64,000 bases of DNA from Nemertoderma westbladi (Eukaryota > Animalia > Xenacoelomorpha). Numbering within the stretch: the first letter of the stretch is position 1; every line of letters starts with the position of its first letter. This document shows, one piece after another, positions 25,601 to 37,600 of this stretch. The position numbers and the translations under genes are program-made. The stretch is taken from NCBI GenBank assembly GCA_032718475.1, contig JAUCBJ010005597.1, forward strand, positions 389-64,388, given 5' to 3'. The notes under the pieces are model-generated. The model did no database searches. It was not told where the DNA came from and saw nothing but the letters and a program-made list of their open reading frames with translations.

Positions 25601-28600
25601 CCAACATAACATGCGAGAGAGAGAAACAATGCAACAATAATAATTAGCAGCAATTAATTAATTATTATTAATTAAGCAAGAGAGAGGAAAGTGCCAATAT
25701 CAATGAAGTACCGATCACATACTTTAGGACCATGTTACAGAAATTAGGGACCGTGTACAAAATAATGTCACGCCATTTTTGACGATTTTTGACCCCCCCC
25801 CCCCCCCCCCCCCCCCCCATCATCAATGTCACAATCTGTGACTAATTTTGTAATCCCCCTCCCCCCTTGAACATCACGTCACAAAAATAACCAGTATAGT
25901 TAATAAAAAAAATGTTAATACTAACTAGTTCTGCTACCGATATATTTAGTAATATTTTATTATAATATTAAATATATTACAGTATTAGTATTATAAATAT
26001 TATATTATAAAATAATATTTCTCTATTAGTTCTGGAGGATTTTAAAACATAAAATGGATAGGATATTATTACATTAATATGAGTTAAGCAAAAAGATACG
26101 ATAAATTCTATATTATATGATGAGCTATCAGACGATTTTTGAGCGCTGGCAAAAACCTGTTGGTAAAAGGCCATAGTGGCTCATTTTGAAACCGGATCGA
26201 AAGAAAGAATACAAGAGAAGAAAATAAGAATAAAAATCATAATAGGGTTATACAGTTTAGTATATACAGACAGACACACATACACTCCGCCCCTCCCCTA
26301 CCGACCGATAAACAAACAAACAAACATAGTAAAAATAAACCAAGTAATCGCGGCTGTAGTGCTGAGAATAGCCTAGTTAATGATGTTGTTTGTTGTACCT
26401 GTAATATACTTGTATACTACTAGTCTAGTTACCGGTAAATAAAATATTTACTCCTCTATGGCATGGTACTCGTTCGAATAAATACTTATTATTTTAGAAA
26501 TAATATATTTTATTGTAATAAGTTTTGTATTTGCAAAATGTATTTTATTTGTTCACACAAAGTGCAATTGTGACGTCACAAGTATAGCTACCCCCCCCCC
26601 CCCCCCACTCCCCTATGCCACAAATTGTCACAAAATTGCAAACCCCTTCCCAGCCCTTCGACCGTGACATAATTTGTGCACGGTCCGGCCCCTAAGGCAA
26701 TAAAAACATAATTTAGTAAATTAATAATTATAATACCTCGAAAACATCGTGCAAATTACAAACATTTAAAATATAAGATGAAATGAAAAAAATTAACACA
26801 AAGACAATTTATAGCGCGGACAACTAATACCGACACTGCGACACAGACAATAAATATGATATTTCTAACACCAACTTCATGTTAGATTTATTTTATTTTT
26901 CATGTCCCCTTAAGTAAAAAAGTAAAAAAAACATAAACTTATAAATTAAATTTAGACCGAAAATTGAGTCACGGAAATGGGCACAACTTAATTATAACAT
27001 ACTGTAATTGTTTTAAGAGAATAATTAAACGATTCGACTCCTAGTATATTAGATAAACAGAATTTGTAATATAAAGTTTTTAACAATTAATTAATTATTA
27101 ATTATTTCGCAATTTTAATTGGTAATTATACTTTATTGTGAGCAATTAAAAGCTCAATGAGATTCAAGTTGATTAAGGAAGCAAGGAAAATATTTGATAA
27201 TATAAATAATATTATCAATATTCGCATTATAATAGTCATACCGCCACCAAAAGCATAGCAGTTAAAGGAAACTAACAAGTATAGCGCCACCAGTTTACAA
27301 TCAAAACATTTCGTTAAGAAACAATTAATTAAGCGGAAAGCAAAAAAACATCAAAGGTTATTTCGCGAGAAGCATGCCGATCGATTACTCACAGACTTAT
27401 CGATTATAGTGTCTATCTCTTCAACACAATCAAAATAGGCCTCATTATTAGTATAGCGAACACCAGTCCGACGCCAGGGTACGTTGGATAACTGGCCGGC
27501 AGGTAACTGGTCGCTTACGCTAGGGGGCGCAAATAAACATTGGGGATGTAAATAAACGATGACGGTAGCCGACAGAACGGGGTGCGGTTAATGTAAATAA
27601 CCAAATCCGTTAGTATATAGAATATAGGGGATATTTGATAAAATACAAATTCTTCATGTAAAATGTGAGGATATCAACGCGATCTGTTAAGTGCAAGCGG
27701 GTACCATTGGTTTAGTGTACGTTGGACCCACAGTTAGCTGCGGGTACCATTGGTTTAGTGTACGTTGGACCCACAGTTAGGTGCGGGTACCATTGGTTTA
27801 GTGTACGTTGGATCCACAGTTAGGTGCGGGTACCATTGGTTTAGTGTACGTTGGATCCACAGTTAGCTGCGGGTACCATTGGTTTAGTGTACGTTGGTCC
27901 CACAGTTAGCTGCGGGTACCATTGGTTTAGTGTACGTTGGATCCACAGTTAGCTGCGGGTACCATTGGTTTAGTGTACGTTGGACCCACAGTTAGCTGCG
28001 GGTACCATTGGTTTAGTGTACGTTGGATCCACAGTTAGCTGCGGGTACCATTGGTTTAGTGTACGTTGGTCCCACAGTTAGCTGCGGGTACCATTGGTTT
28101 AGTGTACGTTGGATCCACAGTTAGCTGCGGGTACCATTGGTTTAGTGTACGTTGGACCCACAGTTAGCTGCGGGTACCATTGGTTTAGTGTACGTTGGTC
28201 CCACAGTTAGCTGCGGGTACCATTGGTTTAGTGTACGTTGGATCCACAGTTAGCTGCGGGTACCATTGGTTTAGTGTACGTTGGACCCACAGTTAGCTGC
28301 GGGTACCATTGGTTTAGTGTACGTTGGACCCACAGTTAGCTGAGGGCACGATTGGTTTAGTGTACGTTGGATCCACAGTTAGGTGCGGGTACCATTGGTT
28401 TAGTGTACGTTGGAACCATTACAGTTAGCTGCGGGTACCATTGGTTTAGTGTACGTTGGACCCACAGTTAGCTGCGGGTACCATTGGTTTAGTGTACGTT
28501 GGACCCACAGTTAGCTGCGGGTACCATTGGTTTAGTGTACGTTGGACCCACAGTTAGCTGAGGGCACGATTGGTTTAGTGTACGTTGGATCCACAGTTAG

Positions 28601-31600
28601 GTGCGGGTACCATTGGTTTAGTGTACGTTGGAACCATTACAGTTAGCTGCGGGTACCATTGGTTTAGTGTACGTTGGACCCACAGTTAGCTGCGGGTACC
28701 ATTGGTTTAGTGTACGTTGGATCCACAGTTAGCTGCGGGTACCATTGGTTTAGTGTACGTTGGATCCACAGTTAGGTGCGGGTACCATTGGTTTAGTGTA
28801 CGTTGGAACCATTACAGTTAGCTGCGGGTACCATTGGTTTAGTGTACGTTGGACCCACAGTTAGCTGCGGGTACCATTGGTTTAGTGTACGTTGGACCCA
28901 CAGTTAGCAGCGGGTACCATTGGTTTAGTATACGTTGGAACCATTACAGTTAGCTGCGGGTACCATTGGTTTAGTGTACGTTGGAACCATTACAGTTAGC
29001 TGCGGGTACCATTGGTTTAGTGTACGTTGGACCCACAGTTAGCTGCGGGTACCATTGGTTTAGTGTACGTTGGAACCATTACAGTTAGCTGCGGGTACCA
29101 TTGGTTTAGTGTACGTTGGACCCATTACAGTTAGCTGCGGGTACCATTGGTTTAGTGTACGTTGGACCCACAGTTAGCTGCGGGTACCATTGGTTTAGTG
29201 TACGTTGGACCCACAGTTAGCTGCGGGTACCATTGGTTTAGTGTACGTTGGACCCATTACAGATAGCTGCGGGTACCATTGGTTTAGTGTACGTCGGACC
29301 CATTACAGTTAGCTGCGGGTATCATTGGTTTAGTGAACGTTGGACCCATTACAGTTAGCTGCGGGTACCATTGGTTTAGTGTACGTTGGACCCACAGTTA
29401 GCAGCGGGTACCATTGGTTTAGTGTACGTTGGAACCATTACAGTTAGCTGCGGGTACCATTGGTTTAGTGTACGTTGGACCCACAGTTAGCTGCGGGTAT
29501 CATTGGTTTAGTGAACGTTGGACCCATTACAGTTAGCTGCGGGTACCATTGGTTTAGTGTACGTTGGACCCACAGTTAGCTGAGGGCACGATTGGTTTAG
29601 TGTACGTTGGACCCACAGTTAGCAGCGGGTACCATTGGTTTAGTGTACGTTGGACCCACAGTTAGCTGCGGGTACCATTGGTTTAGTGTACGTCGGACCC
29701 ATTACAGTTAGCTGCGGGTACCATTGGTTTAGTGTACGTTGGACCCACAGTTAGCTGCGGGTACCATTGGTTTAGTGTACGTTGGACCCACAGTTAGCTG
29801 CGGGTACCATTGGTTTAGTGTACGTTGGACCCACAGTTAGCTGCAGCGGGTACCATTGGTTTAGTGTACGTTGGACCCATTACAGTTAGCTGCGGGTAAC
29901 ATTGGTTTAGTGTACGTTGGACCCACAGTTAGCTGCAGCGGGTACCATTGGTTTAGTGTACGTTGGAACCATTACAGTTAGCTGCGGGTACCATTGGTTT
30001 AGTGTACGTTGGACCCACAGTTAGCTGCGGGTACCATTGGTTTAGTGTACGTTGGACCCACAGTTAGCTGCGGGTACCATTGGTTTAGTGTACGTTGGAC
30101 CCATTACAGTTAGCTGCGGGTACCATTGGTTTAGTGCACGTTGGACCCACAGTTAGCTGCGGGTACCATTGGTTTAGTGTACGTTGGATCCACAGTTAGC
30201 TGCGGGTACCATTGGTTTAGTGAACGTTGGACCCACAGTTAGCTGCAGCGGGTACCATTGGTTTAGTGTACGTTGGAACCATTACAGTTAGCTGCGGGTA
30301 CCATTGGTTTAGTGTACGTTGGATCCACAGTTAGCTGCGGGTACCATTGGTTTAGTGTACGTTGGATCCACAGTTAGCTGCGGGTACCATTGGTTTAGTG
30401 TACGTTGGACCCACAGTTAGCTGCGGGTACCATTGGTTTAGTGTACATTGGACCCACAGTTAGCTGCGGGTACCATTGGTTTAGTGAACGTTGGACCCAC
30501 AGTTAGCTGCGGGTACCATTGGTTTAGTGTACGTTGGATCCACAGTTAGCTACGGGTACCATTGGTTTAGTGTACGTTGGATCCACAGTTAGCTGCGGGT
30601 ACCATTGGTTTAGTGTACGTTGGACCCACAGTTAGCTGCGGGTACCATTGGTTTAGTGTACGTTGGATCCACAGTTAGCTGCGGGTACCATTGGTTTAGT
30701 GTACATTGGACCCACAGTTAGCTGCGGGTACCATTGGTTTAGTGTACGTTGGAACCATTACAGTTAGCTGCGGGTACCATTGGTTTAGTGTACGTTGGAT
30801 CCACAGTTAGCTACGGGTACCATTGGTTTAGTGTACGTTGGATCCACAGTTAGCTGCGGGTACCATTGGTTTAGTGTACGTTGGACCCACAGTTAGCTGC
30901 GGGTACCATTGGTTTAGTGTACGTTGGATCCACAGTTAGCTGCGGGTACCATTGGTTTAGTGTACATTGGACCCACAGTTAGCTGCGGGTACCATTGGTT
31001 TAGTGTACGTTGGAACCATTACAGTTAGCTACGGGTACCATTGGTTTAGTGTACGTTGGATCCACAGTTAGCTGCGGGTACCATTGGTTTAGTGAACGTT
31101 GGACCCACAGTTAGCTGCGGGTACCATTGGTTTAGTGTACGTTGGATCCACAGTTAGCTACGGGTACCATTGGTTTAGTGTACGTTGGATCCACAGTTAG
31201 CTGCGGGTACCATTGGTTTAGTGTACGTTGGACCCACAGTTAGCTGCGGTTACCATTGGTTTAGTGTACGTTGGACCCACAGTTAGGTGCGGGTACCATT
31301 GGTTTAGTGTACGTTGGAACCATTACAGTTAGCTGCGGGTACCATTGGTTTAGTGTACGTTGGACCCACAGTTAGCTGCAGCGGGTAACATTGGTTTAGT
31401 GTACGTTGGAACCATTACAGTTAGCTGCGGGTACCATTGGTTTAGTGTACGTTGGATCCACAGTTAGCTGCGGGTACCATTGGTTTAGTGTACGTTGGAC
31501 CCACAGTTAGCTGAGGGCACGATTGGTTTAGTGTACGTTGGACCCACAGTTAGCTGCGGGTACCATTGGTTTAGTGTACGTTGGATCCACAGTTAGCTAC

Positions 31601-34600
31601 GGGTACCATTGGTTTAGTGTACGTTGGATCCACAGTTAGCTGCGGGTACCATTGGTTTAGTGTACGTTGGATCCACAGTTAGCTGCGGGTACCATTGGTT
31701 TAGTGTACGTTGGACCCACAGTTAGCTGCGGGTACCATTGGTTTAGTGTACGTTGGACCCACAGTTAGCTGCGGGTACCATTGGTTTAGTGTACGTTGGA
31801 TCCACAGTTAGCTGCGGGTACCATTGGTTTAGTGTACGTTGGACCCACAGTTAGCTGCGGGTACCATTGGTTTAGTGTACGTTGGACCCACAGTTAGCTG
31901 CGGGTACCATTGGTTTAGTGTACGTTGGAACCATTACAGTTAGCTGCGGGTACCATTGGCGTAGTGTACGTTGGACCCACAGTTAGCTGCGGGTAACATT
32001 GGTTTAGTGTACGTTGGACCCATTACAGTTAGCTGCGGGTAACATTGGTTTAGTGTACGTTGGACCCACAGTTAGCTGCAGCGGGTACCATTGGTTTAGT
32101 GTACGTTGGAACCATTACAGTTAGCTGCGGGTACCATTGGCGTAGTGTACGTTGGACCCACAGTTAGCTGCGGGTAACATTGGTTTAGTGTACGTTGGAC
32201 CCATTACAGTTAGCTGCGGGTAACATTGGTTTAGTGTACGTTGGACCCATTACAGTTAGCTGCGGGTAACATTGGTTTAGTGTACGTTGGACCCACAGTT
32301 AGCTGCGGGTACCATTGGTTTAGTGTACGTTGGACCCACAGTTAGCTGCGGGTACCATTGGTTTAGTGTACGTTGGACCCATTACAGTTAGCAGCGGGTA
32401 CCATTGGTTTAGTGTACGTTGGACCCACAGTTAGCTGCAGCGGGTACCATTGGTTTAGTGTACGTTGGACCCATTACAGTTAGCAGCGGGTACCATTGGT
32501 TTAGTGTACGTTGGACCCACAGTTAGCTGCAGCGGGTACCATTGGTTTAGTGTACGTTGGACCCACAGTTAGCTGAGGGCACGATTGGTTTAGTGTACGT
32601 TGGACCCACAGTTAGCAGCGGGTACCGTTGGTTTAGTGTACGTTGGACCCACAGTTAGCTGCGGGTACCATTGGTTTAGTGTACGTTGGACCCACAGTTA
32701 GCTGCGGGTACCATTGGTTTAGTGTACGTTGGACCCACAGTTAGCTGCGGGTACCATTGGTTTAGTGTACGTTGGACCCACAGTTAGCTGAGGGCACGAT
32801 TGGTTTAGTGTACGTTGGACCCACAGTTAGCTGCGGGTACCGTTGGTTTAGTGTACGTTGGACCCACAGTTAGCTGCGGGTAACATTGGTTTAGTGTACG
32901 TTGGACCCATTACAGTTAGCTGCGGGTACCATTGGTTTAGTGTACGTTGGACCCACAGTTAGCTGCGGGTACCATTGGTTTAGTGTACGTTGGAACCATT
33001 ACAGTTAGCTGCGGGTACCATTGGTTTAGTGTACGTTGGACCCACAGTTAGCTGCGGGTACCATTGGTTTAGTGTACGTTGGAACCATTACAGTTAGCTG
33101 CGGGTACCATTGGTTTAGTGTACGTTGGACCCACAGTTAGCTGCGGGTACCATTGGTTTAGTGTACGTTGGACCCACAGTTAGCTGCGGGTACCATTGGT
33201 TTAGTGTACGTTGGACCCACAGTTAGCTGCGGGTACCAGTGGTTTAGTGTACGTTGGAACCATTACAGTTATCTGCGGGTACCATTGGTTTAGTGTACGT
33301 TGGACCCACAGTTAGCTGCGGGTACCATTGGTTTAGTGTACGTTGGACCCACAGTTAGCTGCGGGTACCATTGGTTTAGTGTACGTTGGAACCATTACAG
33401 TTAGCTGCGGGTACCATTGGTTTAGTGTACGTTGGACCCACAGTTAGCTGCGGGTAACATTGGTTTAGTGTACGTTGGACCCATTACAGTTAGCTGCGGG
33501 TACCATTGGTTTAGTGTACGTTGGACCCACAGTTAGCTGCGGGTACCATTGGTTTAGTGTACGTTGGAACCATTACAGTTAGCTGCGGGTACCATTGGTT
33601 TAGTGTACGTTGGACCCACAGTTAGCTGCGGGTACCATTGGTTTAGTGTACGTTGGAACCATTACAGTTAGCTGCGGGTACCATTGGTTTAGTGTACGTT
33701 GGACCCACAGTTAGCTGCGGGTACCATTGGTTTAGTGTACGTTGGACCCACAGTTAGCTGCGGGTACCAGTGGTTTAGTGTACGTTGGAACCATTACAGT
33801 TAGCTGCGGGTACCATTGGTTTAGTGTACGTTGGACCCACAGTTAGCTGCGGGTACCATTGGTTTAGTGTACGTTGGACCCACAGTTAGCAGCGGGTACA
33901 ATTGGTTTAGTGTACGTTGGAACCATTACAGTTAGCTGCGGGTACCATTGGTTTAGTGTACGTTGGACCCACAGTTAGCTGCGGGTACCATTGGTTTATT
34001 GTACGTTGGAACCATTACAGTTAGCTGCGGGTACCATTGGTTTAGTGTACGTTGGAACCATTACAGTTAGCTGCGGGTACCATTGGTTTAGTGTACGTTG
34101 GAACCATTACAGTTAGCTGCGGGTACCATTGGTTTAGTGTACGTTGGACCCACAGTTAGCTGCGGGTACCATTGGTTTAGTGTACGTTGGACCCACAGTT
34201 AGCTACGGGTACCATTGGTTTAGTGTACGTTGGAACCATTACAGTTAGCTGCGGGTACCATTGGTTTAGTGTACGTCGGACCCATTACAGTTAGCTGCGG
34301 GTACCATTGGTTTAGTGTACGTCGGACCCATTACAGTTAGCTGCGGGTACCATTGGTTTAGTGTACGTTGGACCCACAGTTAGCAGCGGGTACCATTGGT
34401 TTAGTGTACGTTGGAACCATTACAGTTAGCTGCGGGTACCATTGGTTTAGTGTACGTTGGACCCACAGTTAGCTGCGGGTACCATTCGTTTAGTGTACGT
34501 TGGAACCATTACAGTTAGCTGCGGGTATCATTGGTTTAGTGTACGTTGGACCCATTACAGAACATACCGTTACATCGCACTAACTTGGATTTCCCAGTGA

Positions 34601-37600
34601 CTGTATTAACCACTGAACGAAGTATATTTGGGGGTCTGATGAGTTCTTGAAGAATGTTCGACTCGGTTGCCAGGGGAAACCCATTGTCTAGCATTTCCTC
34701 TAAAAGCTAAAATATTTTTAATTTTAATAATATTAATTTTATACAGGAGTGTATCTAGTCAAATAACATTATATATTAACTTGATTATGGTGAACGGCTA
34801 CGCAATCAGATAGATTTGGTTGGATTGATTGCTTATATACAAACAGAACTGTAAAGATACATCCACCGCCACCAATATAATTATTAGGAACCGCAGGTTA
34901 CTTGCTGTAACAAGTCTACCCTGAAATGAATCTATGTTGGTTGATAGATTGAGTTAGTGTGATAGATTAATTAATTATTGAGTGATCAAATTGAAAACGG
35001 CTCTAACAATATTCAAAATATTTTCAACAAGGGTAGATACATTTAAAGTCACTCGAAAATTTTCAGACTAAGGGGGTCAGGGGTCTAGCAATGCGATGCT
35101 CTGATTGGCTAATACTGAACCTCGAAAAAACTCGACTACTGGTAATCAAAAACGAAATTTTTCAATTCTCGCTAGGAATATCCCACACCATTTATCAGCT
35201 GTATCTGTATGTATACTTTGGGAGGGTCGAGACCAGATAATATGAACTAACTATTATAAAACCAAATGAAATATGCTAGAATTTCAGTTTCTTTACTGCC
35301 AAGGTTGCAAGGTTCCACCTTGGTGTGTAGTAGTTGCATTGAATTCACATCTCCCATAGGTCGTGGGTTCGATCCTCGCATTGGCCAGGGCAGTTTTCGT
35401 TTCGGCACGAATGCTTTGAAGGGACCAGCCAGGGCGCATAGCTGCCTTTCATCCTTAAATGGTTGCTAAATGTGTACTGGAGTTTCCTCTGGAGAGTATT
35501 AACTGTTTTAGGTAGCTAAATGAGTACTGGAGTTTACTCTGGGGAGTATAGTTCTTGGGGGACCGCACTGGAAATAAGTCGTCAGAGTTTGTGCGTAATC
35601 CCTGGCCTAACGGCCAAAGAGAATTTATTTTTTTACATTATACCGCATCGCGGTGTGTCCAAGTAGTTTAATTACAAACAGACTCAACTCGCCTCGTAAA
35701 CGACAACTAAGTTGTCCTTTATTGTAGTCTCATTGCATTCTTGGAAGTAATCGTTGAAGGTATCCACCACGCGGTAGAGAAACTCCAGAACGAAAAGTGG
35801 AGGAACTAGAAATAAATTATTAGTTACGAATTAATGATAAAATGTTCTATTTAGATAAAAGAGTTAGTATTGTTGGCTGGACCTGTGCTGTGTGCTCGTG
35901 TGAAATAAATGTTCTATTTCAGAGGAGGCGGGAGGGGGTGAATGCGGAGGCGGGAGGGGGTGAATGTGGAGGCGGGAGGGGGTGAATGCGGAGGCGGGAG
36001 GGGGTGAATGTGGAGGCGGGAGGGGGTGAATGCGGAGGCGGGAGGCGGTGAATGCGGAGGCGGGAGGGGGTGAATGCGGAGGCGGGAGGCGGTGAATGCG
36101 GAGGCGGGAGGCGGTGAATGCGGAGGCGGGAGGGGGTGAATGCGGAGGCGGGAGGGGGTGAATGTGGAGGCGGGAGGGGGTGAATGCGGAGGCGGGAGGC
36201 GGTGAATGCGGAGGCGGGAGGGGGTGAATGCGGAGGCGGGAGGCGGTGAATGCGGAGGCGGGAGGCGGTGAATGCGGAGGCGGGAGGGGGTGAATGCGGA
36301 GGCGGGAGGCGGTGAATGCGGAGGCGGGAGGCGGTGAATGCGGAGGCGGGAGGGGGTGAATGCGGAGGCGGGAGGCGGTGAATGCGGAGGCGGGAGGCGG
36401 TGAATGCGGAGGCGGGAGGCGGTGAATGCGGAGGCGGGAGGGGGTGAATGCGGAGGCGGGAGGGGGTGAATGTGGAGGCGGGAGGGGGTGAATGCGGAGG
36501 CGGGAGGCGGTGAATGCGGAGGCGGGAGGGGGTGAATGCGGAGGCGGGAGGCGGTGAATGCGGAGGCGGGAGGGGGTGAATGCGGAGGCGGGAGGCGGTG
36601 AATGCGGAGGCGGGAGGCGGTGAATGCGGAGGCGGGAGGCGGTGAATGCGGAGGCGGGAGGGGGTGAATGCGGAGGCGGGAGGGGGTGAATGTGGAGGCG
36701 GGAGGGGGTGAATGCGGAGGCGGGAGGGGGTGAATGCGGAGGCGGGAGGGGGTGAATGCGGAGGCGGGAGGCGGTGAATGCGGAGGCGGGAGGGGGTGAA
36801 TGCGGAGGCGGGAGGCGGTGAATGCGGAGGCGGGAGGCGGTGAATGCGGAGGCGGGAGGGGGTGAATGCGGAGGCGGGAGGCGGTGAATGCGGAGGCGGG
36901 AGGCGGTGAATGCGGAGGCGGGAGGGGGTGAATGCGGAGGCGGGAGGCGGTGAATGCGGAGGCGGGAGGCGGTGAATGCGGAGGCGGGAGGCGGTGAATG
37001 CGGAGGCGGGAGGGGGTGAATGCGGAGGCGGGAGGGGGTGAATGTGGAGGCGGGAGGGGGTGAATGCGGAGGCGGGAGGCGGTGAATGCGGAGGCGGGAG
37101 GGGGTGAATGCGGAGGCGGGAGGCGGTGAATGCGGAGGCGGGAGGCGGTGAATGCGGAGGCGGGAGGGGGTGAATGCGGAGGCGGGAGGCGGTGAATGCG
37201 GAGGCGGGAGGCGGTGAATGCGGAGGCGGGAGGGGGTGAATGCGGAGGCGGGAGGGGGTGAATGCGGAGGCGGTGAATGCGGAGGCGGGAGGGGGTGAAT
37301 GCGGAGGCGGGAGGGGGTGAATGCGGAGGCGGGAGGCGGTGAATGCGGAGGCGGGAGGCGGTGAATGCGGAGGCGGGAGGGGGTGAATGCGGAGGCGGTG
37401 AATGCGGAGGCGGGAGGCGGTGAATGCGGAGGCGGGAGGGGGTGAATGCGGAGGCGGGAGGGGGTGAATGCGGAGGCGGGAGGGGGTGAATGCGGAGGCG
37501 GGAGGCGGTGAATGCGGAGGCGGGAGGCGGTGAATGCGGAGGCGGGAGGGGGTGAATGCGGAGGCGGGAGGCGGTGAATGCGGAGGCGGGAGGCGGTGAA

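Noticed and set aside
15448-34560. CRISPR-like arrays (49-bp and 43-bp repeats)
   Set aside because: The units are contiguous with no unique spacers, there are no cas genes, and the arrays lie in spliceosomal introns.
35314-35390. tRNA gene
   Set aside because: It has A/B boxes but no complete cloverleaf, and it continues into a conserved body shared with a second copy, so it is a SINE.
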